This document shows, one piece after another, positions 13,075-27,010 of a DNA stretch of 64,000 nucleotides. Origin of the DNA: Sphaerodactylus townsendi (Eukaryota); assembly GCF_021028975.2 (NCBI RefSeq), contig NC_059437.1, positions 54,746,001-54,810,000 on the forward strand, read 5' to 3'. The notes below the pieces were generated by a model. That model was not told where the DNA came from. It was given only the letters and a program-made list of their open reading frames with translations, and did no database searches. Position 1 is the first letter of the stretch. The number at the start of each line of letters is the position of its first letter. Both the position numbers and the translations under genes were made by a program.

Positions 13075-13451
13075 GGGAGGCTGGAAACTAGAACCAAAGT
13101 TCTATCCAACGTTCTAGTCTCTTCTCAGAATCTACAAATGTAGTTCAATTAGGATCTTTCGCCACTAGAGTCCCAACAGGGATGGAGAAACAGCAGAAAA
13201 ATACTTCCAACTGGTGTTCTTCATCTTTGTGATTTCTTTCTGCTCTGCTCCCTTCAGTTGAAACCTGGATATAACCAGCATGAAGAATGGGTCTTATTCT
13301 AATGCTAAAGATTGGTGGTGCACACTTAACTGCCCTAGCAGCTCAAAATATTCCTCAGGAAAGCTGAGATCACCCACCAATGTGTTATTTAAACACACTT
13401 CATTTAAATGCCAGAAAAAAATTATTCAGCTGAGGAAGCTGGAAACATGTT

Positions 13452-13753
13452 AAGAAGAAGAAGAAGAGTTTGGATTTATATCCCCCCTTTCTCTCCTGCA
13501 GGAGACTCAAAGGGGCTTACAATCTCCTTGCCCTTCCCCCCTCACAACAAACACCCTGTGAGGTAGGTGGGGAGAGAGAGCTCCAAGAAGCTGTGACTAG
13601 CCCAAGGTCACCCAGCCGGTGTGTGTGGGAGTGTACAGGCTAATCTGAATTCCCCAGATAACCCTCCACAGCTCAGGCGGCAGAGCTGGGAATCAAACCC
13701 GGTTCTCCAGATTAGATACACGAGCTCTTAACCTCCTACACCACTGCTGCTCC
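13452..13753 (-). mobile_element. tRNA-derived SINE (Squam3-like) with (CTT)n tail
   Basis: Reverse-complement match to the copies at 38787 and 43099; A/B box head at the right end. Confidence 0.85.
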
Positions 13754-16700
13754 CAAGGATATAAGGAAATACGTTCATGCAAATATTCCCCACTGCAATG
13801 CCAAAGATATAAAAACAAAGGCAGGTAATATCTTGCGTGCTGGAGGATTTCCTTTTTATTCTAACAATACTGATAAGAATTTAAACCAGGGTTTTAAAGA
13901 GGGAGTTACCAGGACAAGAGAGAAGAAAGAAAGCAGTGAACTTTGATGACAGGAAGAAGGTGGAGGACAGCCTAGCACAGCTGCTGATCGCAAAGGATGA
14001 TGGATCAGGGATGCTTCAGCAAGGCATCACAACATTCTTATGTAAGAGTATGGAGTATGGAGTACCACTTGACACCAGTTAATTGTGCCTTTAGCTGTTG
14101 ACAGATCTTAAGCATGCAATCCTGTACATTTCACAAGCATCAATGGACCACAGAGACTGGGAACATTTGGCGGGGGGAAAGGCAGACCACATAACATTGA
14201 AGCAGTCTACTATTGCATACAGTGCGAAGAGACAACATAACTTAGTTGCTTTTGAGGTTCTTTTTCTTGTTTGCGGGATGAAGAACAACAAAGGAAAGAA
14301 TCTGAGTCATGACAGAGGAATGGCCATTCCCACTGTTTTGCCATTTAACATGCTGATATCATTAGGAGTTACAAGACCTGCTTTACCACTGATTGGGAAA
14401 TGCAATGAATCACCAACATTTCTGGAATGGGGTGAAGAACAGAACTCTATGCATGGCTGCTCAGAGGTAGGCCCATGTGTCAATGCTTAGTCGACCTGTC
14501 ACTTGAGATACTGCGGGCTCTATTCATGCAAGCTTGATGTGGCATGTCTTCATTTAAAAACTAGGGCCTGAATACATTTGAAAGAGCTCTGCTCATGCAA
14601 ATACGAGTAGAAAATATACTGTAGCATAGGGATTGTACTGTGAGGAAAGAGGAAAGGACAAATCAAACCTCTTCCACTGAACACAGCTGTGATTAAATTA
14701 ATTGCATGCAGGAGATAAAACACAGAATTAATTTAGTTACATTAAGCCTACGCACCTGAGGACAGAAAGGAGCAGGCTAACTTTATACCCTATTTCAGAA
14801 TATCAAATAAGCATCAGTTCAGAATACCACACAACTCTTTGCCAGATCTGACAACCAGGTATTTTACGAAACCTAAATCCAATCACTCTCATCCTCTTTC
14901 CCAATGTATTTATTCAGCTGGGTTAAGCATGACCAAACGCAAGCTGGAACTGAAGAGCTAGCAGTAACTAAGATAGGCTTTAAGCACAGGCACGTCCAAA
15001 CAAAAGCTTGCCCTGATCACGAGGGCTGGGTAGGGACCAACACATTCATCAGAGATTCCTTGAATACCATATTTATTCTCTTAACTCCATACCTAATGAG
15101 CAATTGAACTGGTAAGTTTCATTCAAGTGCAAAAGACCCTCCTCCATTTTAAAAATGAAAGTGTTGTTATAAATATTAAGGGTTTTTCCCCTCCCCCCCA
15201 AAGTAATAGCAACAGGGGTGAACTTGCCACTACTTTCCAAGGTTCAGGAAAATATGATGAACACAAGAAATCCTTTTCTACAGCAGAAGCATATGATTTA
15301 AAAGAAATTAAGCCTAGGCTCTTACTGAAATTTTCCATTGTCTGTAAGATCAGTTCTGAAACATGCACGTAGCCACTTATCTGACAGCAATAAAGCATAG
15401 ATTACAGTAATGATGTTATTATAAAATGTAAAGGTAGTCCCTTGAGCAAGAACTAGGAAGTCATTACTGACCCATAGAGTAATGTCATATCCTGATGTTT
15501 ATTAGGGAGACTATGTTTACAGGGAAGTTTGCCATTGCTTTCCCCAGTCACCCCCTGCAAGCTGGGTACCCATTTTTCCAAGTTTTACTTTCTACACTTT
15601 GGTTCCAGAAGATACATATCCTTTCAAAGCCACAATAACACTAAAGCACCATGGAAACACCTTTTCTCAAACACATAATTTCAGCCAGAACCTGAACTTT
15701 ATCACAATTTATTCAATCATAAACCTTTCCGCTTGGAGAAAAGGAATTATCCCAATTTAGTGATAAAGGCACGAACAGGCTTGCTTGCAAAATCTACACC
15801 AATAACACAGAAGGTATGCCAATGTTTTAGTTTGAACCCCCAGGCAACGGAGTAGCTTCTAATACAGACATCAGACATGAAGAGGCCTCCTGATTTACCT
15901 CCCTACCTACTTATTCAACTCCGTGACGCACTACATGCTCTTTACATACACGCTGCCTACGCCCAGCATAAGAACAATCTCTTAAAATGAAACTGAAAAT
16001 CCAAAAAAGTCAACTGTGACTAAGAAGTGCATTAAGTGGTCACGGAATAATACAAAAATACACCCTGGCAGCGTGGACGCCCTCCATCTTGCAATAAAAG
16101 GTACACATAATTCAGGATTCTTTAGCTTGAAAAACTCAAAGAGATTTTCGACAGCTCTGCAAGAACATCCCTAATCTCTTAATGCTCGTGGTAGGAAGTC
16201 ATGATTTCTTCTGCTCCTTGTGGCCAACAGTGTTCCCGCCCACTGCTGATGTCATGCAGCAGACTGCACACCAGTTGACTGCTGCATCTCTCCACCCAGT
16301 TCAAACAGCACTGCCTCAGCTGATAAGTGCTTTTGTGCCAGAAGGCGGTAAGCAGAGAAACACCTTTGTTTATACCCCATAGCGGTCTGGATACGGCACT
16401 CCGAGCTACTCCCTGGCCATGAGGACAGCTGCAGTCTCTGGGTGCCTGTGCAGAACCGCTGCCAGCAAACTGGTTGCTGTCACCCTAGGCAATGTCACAT
16501 CACATGACTTAGCACAGTCTGGGTGACTCAATTAGCTGGCAGATTTTCTTGGTCCTCCACCTCCTCCAGTGACCCTCTTCCTCCCTCAACCTGGCAGACC
16601 ATGAGGAGAGAAACACTTAGCCTGGGAAACCCTTTCCCCCAAAAAATTCCTTCAGTCCCCTTCCATGAAGAATGAGGATTGGATCGTCACCCTAGTCCAA

Positions 16701-17649
16701 AGTAGCGGGGTGGGTGTGGGCTTCAGTGTTTCTGTACTAGACTAATCTAGACTGATCTTGTCTGCTCAGGCACACAGGGACCCCCGATCAGCCCTTCCAG
16801 ACTTTTATCCCAATTGCCACAGACAGCAAAATGCAGCAGGAGAGTCATGGGTATGCCTCTACAAACACAAGAGTCTCACTCAAACTGGAGATCCCTCAAA
16901 AATTTCCTACGAAATACAAACCCCCCCTCCCCAAGGAACTCCATTCACTCCGTCTTGTCAAAGTATTGCAGCCCACTTAGAAAGTCACACCATATCTGGA
17001 GACGAATCGCCTTCAACGATCGCCTAAAAAACAGGGCTAGGGAACGTTCCCATGCCAGCATGGCAAAGCAGACACAGTCCAATCCCCCCCCTCCCACACA
17101 CACACACACACGGTACAGAAGTGCAAATCTTTCCCCCACCTCAACAAATCTTCCTTTTGCACTCAGCATTAACCATGTGCAAGCAAGGATGGTATCATTC
17201 CCCCTGCCAATGCCTGGCAGGCATAGCCTACAATACCCCAGCCAGAAAAGTGGGGGTACAGATTCCCCCACCCAAATCCATCTTATCCCCAACAAAGAAT
17301 GTTGCACAGCACGCACACGCACACACACCTGACACTGCCCATTTCATTTGACACAGGAGGAAGAACACCTGGGGTGGGGTGGGGTGGGGTGGGGAGCATA
17401 GGGGCCCAGAGCCTCTACCTGAGCAGACAATAGATATGGGGGGGGGGGGTTTGACAAGCATGGCAGAACACATCTTTCTGAACACCCTGCCTCTGAACAG
17501 GGGAAGGTGATGTGGAAAAGGGATACTGTCAGCAGACAATAAAGGGGACCATGTAGGAAAACTCCCCCCCCGGGGGGGGGGGAAAGTGTCACTCCACCTA
17601 GAACAGCCCCACGCAATATAAAACAAATAAAAATCCTTTAACTACAAAA

Positions 17650-18600
17650 AAATTAATCAGAGCATTTGTTCCCCCTCAGGTCAGCCTCCCGCTCCCCGAA
17701 AGAAAAAAAGGGGTATAACTCCCCCCCCCCACACACACACACACCTCTGAATAAAAACCTAGCCAAGCATCTGGGCATCCGCAGGTGGCTTAGCCCACGG
17801 CCACAAAGCAGGAGGGGCGCAGGCACCCCCCCCTCAAGACACCCCCCCCCCGGAAAAAAAACCTTCCCCCCCCAGGCGACCCCCCCCCCAAGTCCTCCGT
17901 CCCCTCCCCTCAGAAATGGTGGCCGAAGGAAGAGAAGGAGCAGCCCACCCTGCGGGGAGGGGGGCGTCCAACAGTCGCCGTCGTCCTCTCCCCCCCCCCC
18001 ACCCCCCGGCTTGACACCCCCTGAGGGCGAGCCCCGCGGCCTAGTCCAGCCGAGCTGCGCCTCCCGCCCTTCCCTCACCGCTGCTGGGCGTCCCTCAGCG
18101 CCGCCGGCTCCGTCTTCCCCTCCGTGGCTGCGGCGGCGGCGGCGGCGGCGCCTCCTTCCTCGTCCCTCCCCGGCTTCCAGGGGGCGGGAAGGGGAAGAAG
18201 GCGTCGACGTCGGCGCTGGGCTCCGGGCCCGGAGGGACGGACGGAGGCGGAGACTGCAGCACGCCCCGGCCCGGCCCCGAAGGCGCCCGCCCGCCCGCCG
18301 TGGCCGGCCTTCCCGATCCTCGCCTTCCTTCTCCCTCCCTCCCGACTGAGCAGCCATCCGTTCCCGCGCTTCCCTCAGAAACGCAATGGCCGGCCCCAGT
18401 CTCGGTCGCGGCCTTCCTCGGCTCCCGCCGCCCGGGCTTTTGTTTCCTCGCAGACCCGGCTCGGCCTGCTCCAAAGCCGCCAGGCGCCCTCCCGAGCCGG
18501 CCTTGCTCGCCTCAGAGATGCCCCCCGATATGCTAAACCCCTCTCCCGTTCCCAAGAGGGCTTCTTCTCCCCTCGCCTCTCTCTCTCTCTTGCATCCCTG
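17650..18600 (-). promoter_or_regulatory. CLIP1: CLIP1 CpG-island promoter and non-coding exon 1 (exon about 18079-18330)
   Basis: Very GC/CpG-rich island with a (GCG)n run and GC boxes; minus-strand donor CG|GTGAGG at 18078; TSS position approximate. Confidence 0.75.
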
Positions 18601-20394
18601 GTTCCTTGTGGCGCCTTATCCAGGCCTGACGAGGCTTTTCGTGCGGATTTTTCTGTTCTGTTCAAGGTGCTCTCTCTTTTCCTGACATTTTTTCCCCTCA
18701 GAGATGAGGCTGAACGGGGTCTAGTTCTTTATCGCTGTCCCCACTCGTTTTTTCGTTTAGCCCCTCTTTCACCACATGTTCCTTTTTTGTAGGATTTTCT
18801 CAGCTCACTGTGAATGGGATGTTTTTGCCCTCTTAGCAGACAACATCTATAGTTCCCAACCTGTTAAGAGGGCAAAAATATCCCATTCGCAGTGAGCTGG
18901 GAAAATCCTACAAAAAGGGAGAGGATGGTGAAATAATATCTTTTATCTTGTTCTTACGAATTGTGGTTAACCGTCCCAAGGCCAAAAGGGAAGGGGCGGT
19001 GTAGAAATGTAATAAAATGCAAATTAAAATTGAATAAAACTTCATTTCCTCTCCCTTGGACTTTCCTTTTGTTTCTTGGTAGAGTAACATCCAGTAATAC
19101 TAAGCCTATTCACATTGTTTTCATAGGGATTCCACCCCCACCCCTTAGTTTGTGTGCCTGTACTCTTTTTTAACATCCCTATATTCATCTATTCCTTCTT
19201 CTGCTTCATTCCTTATACAGTGCCTGAGTCAGACCTAAGCACATCTCGTAATGGGTCTACAGAAGGAAAGTGACTGGAACTGCTGGAACAGGCAAGGGGA
19301 TACCCTTCTTTACTCCCAACATGGTTTGTATAAACGCAGCACAAGCAGGACAAAACAACAAGAGTAAGATGGGAGGATCATCTGTCAAAATTCCTATAAC
19401 TTAGAGACTTAAAAGAAGAATTCCTATATCCGAACTAACATACTAAAAACCATTCCTAACATACTATGGGATAAAATGGCAAAAATACAGTGTGGCACCT
19501 TAGGTATTTAAGCAAGCTTGTTGCGACATGCAGTAATACACAGAGAATAACTACTTCATCAGTTAATGACTCTCCCACTCAGAGATTAATATAATTTAGT
19601 TTCCTCATGGACAAATGATTTTCTTTAGGTGGGATTCCTTAGTCTTATAAATCCCCTATTACCAACTAGGACTGAGATGCTTTTCAAACAAAACTTTAAT
19701 ACAACAGCTGGAAATGCCATCTCAACTTGCAACAATTGGGGTAGCACCATGATTGATAGCAAGGGGAGTGGTTCTTTACCAGTGGCCACACAGCCAAAAA
19801 AATCCCTGGGTTTTCATGCTCCTTATGCAAATTGATTCACCAACCACAACTCCTTTCTGTCCTCTCTGACACTGATCAAACAAAGCCTGTGAATAGGAAG
19901 GGAACTCTGTTCCCCACCTCCATCCAGCAACCTCACCACTCTTATGCAACAATAAATCTGCAGTGCCCCAAGGCTCTTTGTTGTTTGGCCTCTGGGTTCC
20001 CTGCAGACTTTCATTAACACAAGAGTTCAGGGAACTGGGAATTCTAGTTTAGGGAGCCCCTTTCCCCATCAATCTTTCTATATCTCCTAGTCAAATGGAC
20101 AAAGCCTTCTCTGCTTTGGTGTGTGGCTTTTGGATAAAGTACTACAGTTAGAAAGAGGAGGTAGTTATACAAAACATAAATACAAATATATAAATACATA
20201 TGTCCAATGCTACTTCAATCTTCATTTTTGTCATAAATTTGTTGATGAGCAAAAACTGCAGAATTTTAAATTACTGGCTGCTTTTAAACATTCATACTTT
20301 TGAAGCAACCACATATTTTAAAGACCCAACTTATGTGTTGAATGACTCCAGCCACTATAGCTGAAACAAACCTTTCTTTATTGCTTAAAGTCAG

Positions 20395-20557
20395 GTAAAG
20401 TGTACTGCTGAGTCGCAACCCACTCATGACCACCCCGTGAAGTTCCACCGAATGGAGTTTTCAAGGCAAGAGATGGACAGAGGTGGTTTGCCGTTGCTAT
20501 CCTTGCGTAGTAGCCCTAGTCTTCCTTGATGATCTCCCATCCGAGTACCAGCCCAAG
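20395..20557 (-). mobile_element. Truncated 5S-Sauria-like SINE
   Basis: Reverse strand GTACTCGGATGGGAGATC... followed by GGCAAACCACCTC tail. Confidence 0.55.
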
Positions 20558-22630
20558 TTTATTGTGCCAACAGTAATCCTGAAGACAAAAACATTTGCTT
20601 TACCTTTCCAGGTAGTCACTGTCTCATTAAACATATTGTCAGTAAAATGTCTCACACCCATGTAGACATGCATTCTTGGTGTCTGATGTAAATCTTTTAG
20701 CACATTTTCCTGGAGATACTTCAAAATTCCAGACGTGTGCTGAGGCCATCCGAAGAGACTCTGCTAACAGAGACTGCATGTGGTGGAGCTGGAGGAGCCA
20801 GAATCACAAGTGGGGTGGCCAAGTCCAGTTTGGGAAATTCTTGGAGTTTTGGAGGCAGCGCTTAAGGAGGGTGGTGTTTAGAGAGACTGGAGTCCCCCCA
20901 CCCCACCCCGACAACTAGCCCACACATGTTTTCACAAGCCTGGATATTCACATAAGTATTTTGTTGGCCATTTGTGGTCCAAAGGGGTGGGGAGAACCAA
21001 CATCAATCAAGTGTTTAGTTGACGAGACAATTCTCATCCCAAGTAGCTGAGAGACAAACTAGATGTTTCAATGGGCACAGGTCTGACTGGTGGCCACCAA
21101 CACCATTTTAGAGAGGAATTTGGCCACTTAAACAGTGCTGGCTGTTTGAGCACTTGAAAAGGTGTGAGGGGAAGGATCTTGCTGTGGCCTGACAGCACTT
21201 TTAAAACTGCTGAATGCTTCTGCTGTAACATCTGGCTTCACCCTAAGTAGGTGGCTCCTTTCAGAGCTGGTGTAAGATAGAGTGTAGATGTGCAGAGTTT
21301 GCTCCTCCCCCTTTTAAAAAAATACTGTCAGGGAAGTCAAAGAGGAAAAAGTTGTATAAAATTGTAATAGATGTGTCAAGATGAAAAAAGCCCTCCGAAC
21401 ACAGAGGTATTGTTTTTGGACAGAGCTTCAATTAATGCAGTAAAAGCTGCTAAGGCATCTTGTGAAAAACAAGGGCTTTATTGTTCGGGGGTGTAAAAGA
21501 AAGAACAAGTAGCAAGCAATACAGAGGACTGAGAGGGACCAGCCAGTAAACCACTTCAACTAAACAATACAGGAACACAAATGTCCTGCCTCTGCTTTTA
21601 ATCCTGTACTTCCATAAATAAATTGTTGTACGCATGGACTGTTCGTTCATATACACACATATGCCAATTCCACACTGCAGCACTCACTTTAAAATCTTGT
21701 GCTGGCTGGAGGAAGAATTAGGGTGCATATGTGTATGCTTCTCAGATCTATCCAGAGCACTCCTCCATTGGCAGATTGTGACTTCTGTAGCATATACTAT
21801 TGTGTGATTGCACAAATAAAGAAATGTGGTCAGAATCAAGCACTGCTTCTTTAACCATTATAGAGCGACTAGCAATAAAGTCTGTTGTATGAAAAAACAC
21901 AAGGGGCTCTAAAAAGCTGTGCTCTCCACAGAGGTGGCAGAGCTAAGAGTTCAAGACCTGTGGAGCTTATTGGAGAAGGGGAGATTGATGGGAAACAGGG
22001 GTGTGGGGGTCTAGGCATAAGAACAATGGGAGGGGGCGGAAAAGAAAGGAGAAGGGTGGGGGCGGAGGGTGGCAAGTAGCACAGAAATAGGGAAGTGTGA
22101 ATGCCTCTCCTACCTGTATCTGCGACACCTGCTACCATGACAAAACTGTCCATCGTGTGGAAATAGCTCTTGTATTTTTCTACAATAAGAGGATTGATTA
22201 TTCTGTAATGTTTCAGCCTCCTCCCCACCCTGGCCTATTTTTAATTTGGACTGTACTGGAATTAAATAGACAACAAATTGAACCCACCACCATCCAAATT
22301 ATTTGTTGGCATTAATTACTTCAATGTGCTGAAAAACTCAGTATCTTTTAGGTACTTCATTTTGCTGGAGCAGCAGATAATATCTTAGACATTCAATACT
22401 ATTTTAATTCATATCTCCAGGGAGCTCTGTTGAAAGAACAAATTGTATGAGAAAGGGTTTTTTTTCTTGGGGAGGGGGGGTCCCCTGAGCCCTGTAAAAA
22501 TTACTACTGAGAGTCACCATCAACAGTAGATACCATCCCTTTATAGTTGTGCCCACTTTATTATAAATATCCCTGAATCTGATGTCTTGGTTTTAGCTTT
22601 ATATTTGAGTTATCCATAAATATTAGTTGG

Positions 22631-22882
22631 TGAGAGCCAGTGTGGTGGAGTGGTGAAGGTGTCGGACTAGGATTTGGGAAATCCAAGTTCAAATCCTCAC
22701 TCGTGCCCCGGAAACTTTGCTGGGTGATCATGAGCCAGTTATACATGCTCAGTTCTGACTCTGGCTAATATTTGGAATTCCAGGGTTGTGATGCAGAGGC
22801 AGGCAATGGCAAACTACCTCCCAGCGTCTCTTGCCTTAAATACTGTATGGGGTTGCCGTAAATCAGCTGTAACTTGACAGTT
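22631..22882 (+). mobile_element. tRNA-head SINE with a Sauria-like tail (composite)
   Basis: GAGAGCCAGTGTGGTGGAGTGG...GTTCAAATCC head; GCAGAGGCAGGCAATGGCAAAC tail. Confidence 0.65.
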
Positions 22883-24040
22883 AAAATATTAATTAATGTG
22901 GGTTTATTTGGACCCAATCTCAAATTACTGAAGGCTTTTCACAAGCATAAGAGGGTTGTTTTTTACTACTTGAAGACCAAGGTAGGGCAGGTAGCCCTAT
23001 GTGGTACACCTTGCCTGTTACTGGTAAAAGTTGAGAGTTCAGTATAACCGGTGTCAAGGCTGGCAAAGTACACACAAATAAGTTTCCCTTAAACAGTATT
23101 AGTAATCTACATGTGTCCCAGATAGGTTCTTTACTCCCAAATTGTATTGTAGAAGATGGAAAAAAGTTTACACATATAAAACTCATGAAGAGGGACTGCA
23201 GCTCAGTAACGGAGCACCTGCTTTGCGCACCTGAGGTCTCAAGGTCCACTTTTGTACCTGTAGTAGAGGCAGAGTACACAGCAATGCATTAAATGGACCG
23301 ACAGACTGATATAAGGTGCTTCATACATCCTGATTTTACGTAACCCATGGCTTCTGAAAACTGAATAGCCAGTGCCCTTCTCTTGAGTTTTTAACCACCG
23401 TCCATTATTTTTCTCTTTCAGTAAAAGCACTGGCCATCTTGCAAAGCCTCCCATCAATTGAGTCGTAGCTCCGTCAGCTTTAAAAAAAAGCACATTACAA
23501 GCTAGTGCGTATCCAAAGCTCATTGACACAAAAGGAGCAGTAAACCACCATGCCAATACACTGATTGAACACTGTGGAGATTAACAGTCTTGGATAGGGA
23601 AGAAAATATATGTGTCCAACACATTAACATGGCTTGTTAAATATTAGCCGCAGCTACACTGTGCAGGCCGGATTTCAAAACGGAGAGTACATGACATTAT
23701 GCAATCCCCAGCAGATGTTCTTTTCACTCTTGGAGTCAACGCAGTGCTTGTAAGTGCTGCTGCATCGACAGCCAAGTTCTTAATTCAGAGGCACAGTGCA
23801 GGCTTGTTGCAATAAGGCAACACTATGCCTTCCACTCCACAGCAGGCTTAAGAGAAATTAGGTCTGTTCAGCTAACACTGGAGCTTTACCCCCAGCGCAA
23901 GGAGCAGGCCTGGCCCAAGAAGCAAAAAGCACCACTCTCAGAGGAAGCAGTTCACTCTGACTCGTTAGCAATCATACAGACCTTAATTTCTACTCTTAAC
24001 AATATTAATGCCTTAACTTGGGGGGGGGGGGGGCAAGCTA

Positions 24041-24215
24041 GCCTGATTTTGTGAGATCTCGGAAGGTAAGCAGGGTTGGCCCAGTTTAGAACTGGGATGG
24101 GAGACCATCAAGGAAGTCCAGAATTGCTACACAGAGACAGGAATTGGCACATCACCTCTGAATGTCCCTTGGAAACCTGCAGGGTCGCCATACATTGGTT
24201 GCCACATGACCGCCC
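24041..24215 (+). mobile_element. 5S rRNA-derived SINE (5S-Sauria-like)
   Basis: GATCTCGGAAGGTAAGCAGGGTTGGCC...TGGGATGGGAGACC resembles 5S rRNA (GATCTCGGAAGCTAAGCAGGGTCGGGCC...TGGATGGGAGACC), followed by a Sauria-type tail. Confidence 0.75.
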
Positions 24216-27004
24216 TTTCCATTAACCCCGAGGATTCTAACAAGTTTCCTAAACAGTTTGGCTTTCTCAGAGAGCTCACTATGGCTTCTGTGGTTCTCCA
24301 CTCCTCCATTGTACCCTTATCACCAACCTCTTGAGGATAGTTCAGCCTGTACAAGGTCGTCCATCGAGACTTGCAGTTGCCTCTTAACTTTTCGGCTAGT
24401 GCCCTAACCACCACACCACAACCCTCCACTTCTGGGCTGCAATGGGAGATTTACAAACAAGAAAAAACAAACTCACCCACCAACCTGTTGTGCAGTTTAC
24501 AAATACTTCCTTGCCTTGCTGCTTGGTGAAGTGAACAGTGGTTATTTGCTGCACTGCTCTGAGAGGTTTGATGGGGCTGGGCCCAAGACCAAACTGCTCT
24601 GCCCATGAGTTTCTTAGGGATGGGATGCAGGAATGAACAGGCTAATGAACTAAGGGCAACTCCTCATGAGCAACAAGCCACAGCTGGTTCACTTCTAAGG
24701 ACCGAAAACCAATTTAGAGAAAGATAAATATAACCAGTTCAACAAGTTTCCAAACTCAGGCCCGCTCCTGTAGCATGTCTTGACTATGGCTGCACTCTGA
24801 CACATCAGTTTAACAGTTGCATGGCTCATGGGCTTCCCTCCTCATACTGACTCCTTCAAAAATAACTAGTTACCCATGACATATGACTGCACTGTATAGG
24901 TTTACCAGAGCTACTTTGCCTTCACAAACCTAGATACTAAACCAGACATAAAGCTAGTGGAAGAATTCTCGTGTGTTTGTGTGTGTGTGTTTTGGGGGGA
25001 ACTCCTGCTAACCATGTGTCTGTATTCTTATATTACTGGGTGATCGGATTTGGTGTATAACTGGGATCCTATATGTAAGGGAGGTGTGGAAAAGTATCAA
25101 TCAGCCCAGCAACAAGTCAGGTTTTAAACATCCCAGTTTCGAGTTAAAGTGTCATCCATCTCAACACAGCCTCTGTGTAAAACTGGGAAGAATTTTGGTC
25201 TATCCAAGCTCTACTTACCTGTACCCATGCCCTACGGAAATCAGTACTGGATAAGTTTGTCCTGACTGATTTAAAGTCCAATTGTTTTTAACAAATCTTA
25301 GTCATGATGTATTTTAGCGGGACTGAGGTCATCGCTGAACTGTTTGGATCATAAAGACAGGTCTTCACAAGGAGTCACTGGGGTGGCAGCGGAGGAGAGG
25401 TGCCAGCCAGGGACGTGTTGCAACAGCAGAAATGCGTGGGAAAGTCTCTTTCACAGTGCTTCCCACATCACACTTGCTTCACGTCAGTTATTTTCATAAT
25501 TTCACCTAGATTTTCTCATAACACACCCACAACCAAGGCTAAAAATGCACTATGCTTCATAGAACTATGCAATGGCTACACAGCAATGTGTTTTGTAGAA
25601 CAAATGCAAAACTAAACAAATGGTAACTGAAGAGAAGACAAAGGCAAGAAGTAAATGCAGAAAGAAGACAAAACAGGAATCATACATATGGGGGAAATGG
25701 AGCCATGAAAGCAAGTCTGATTCCCAACCCACCAATATATAATTGTTAAGAACCCTGAAAGAACAAGTGTTAGGAATCTTCTACCAGAGAGCAGGGAACT
25801 TTCAATGGAGAGCCACGTTTCACTAGCACAAAGCTTTAAATATCACCTAAATATTATTTACAAACTTTAAATTTATCTACTTCATTTATACCTCACCTTT
25901 CTCCCCAGTGGAGACCCAAAGGAATTTACTTCCTTCTCTTCTCCATTTTATCCTCACAACAACCCTGCAAAGTAGGCCAGGCTGAGAGTGACTGGCTCAA
26001 GGCCACGCAGCAAGAATTCTGTGGGTTGCACAGCCAGCATTATCTACTGCAGGTAACCAACAATTAAAGGAAGATCCCCAAGGTAGTGCCTGTGAGCACC
26101 ATGGTGGCTCTGCCAACACCTTTTCTGGAACCGTCAATATTTGTAGGAAGTTAAGTGGGGCCACAAGGGGCTTTTGCTCAGCAAGGATTCCAATTAGCTC
26201 TGCAGATTTTTTAAAATGTTGCTTTGGAAGCAGCTGCCACCATGGCACAAGGATGTACACTGGGTTACTGCAGTTAAGTTGAGCCAGGCATTTCGTGACT
26301 GGCTCTGCCTCCTGTGGCACCCATTTGGTTGCTGCTCCCACTGCGTTGTGCTGGAATGCCAAAAGTTTCCGCAGTTCAAGAAAGTTAGGGACCCTTGGTG
26401 TAAGAAATCCTACCCCCTTCTTGTTTGAGTAGGGTGACTGGTCTTACCATAGAACTGGAAATCAGAACAAGCCACCAATTATGAACCTTTCAGGTGGTCT
26501 ACCTGCTTTTCCTAGTTCATGTAACAGAAGCATTTGATTAACTAAGGTGAACTTTGCTGGCTGTCCAGATTTGTTATAGAGCTGGTGACTGGTTGAATGT
26601 TAATTAGAACATATTTATAGGTTTTACTATATTTTCATGTTTTAATGCTATGTTTAATATGCTGTGAGCTGCTCCGAGTCCTCTCTTGAGAGGGCATGGA
26701 TTTTAAAGAATCAAATAAATACCCCTTTGAGAGACTGAAAACCAAGAGATATTTCTTCACATACCTTAAACCTTCATAACGAAGAAGTGCTATACAAAAT
26801 AGAAATAAATCAGGATTCCTGTATTTGTGTACAAAAATCTCTGAATACAGCTTTTGGTTAGTACTGTGATAAAAGATTTTTGAACAGAGAAAACCTGTAA
26901 CATAAGTGAACTGACATTCTCACATTCATAGAAACTTATCTTCTAACAGTGGGTTTTCTACTGTTCACTTGACTGGTTACGCACGCAAATTATGAAAAAT
27001 CTTG

Positions 27005-27010
27005 TTTATT
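27005..27010 (-). terminator. ZCCHC8: Likely ZCCHC8 polyadenylation signal AATAAA
   Basis: TTTATT on the + strand about 620 nt after the stop, at the end of an AU-rich UTR-like stretch. Confidence 0.6.

Noticed and set aside
17653-18792. Long overlapping ORFs (300, 227 and 222 aa) at the CLIP1 CpG island
   Set aside because: Low-complexity G/P/R/A translations in several frames on both strands, as expected from stop-poor GC-rich DNA; no recognisable domain
24041-24125. Functional 5S rRNA gene
   Set aside because: 5'-truncated, diverged and fused to a SINE tail
18800-26950. Additional protein-coding gene between the CLIP1 promoter and the ZCCHC8 3' end
   Set aside because: Only short ORFs with no recognisable homology or consistent exon chain, many overlapping degraded repeats; a lncRNA cannot be excluded from sequence alone
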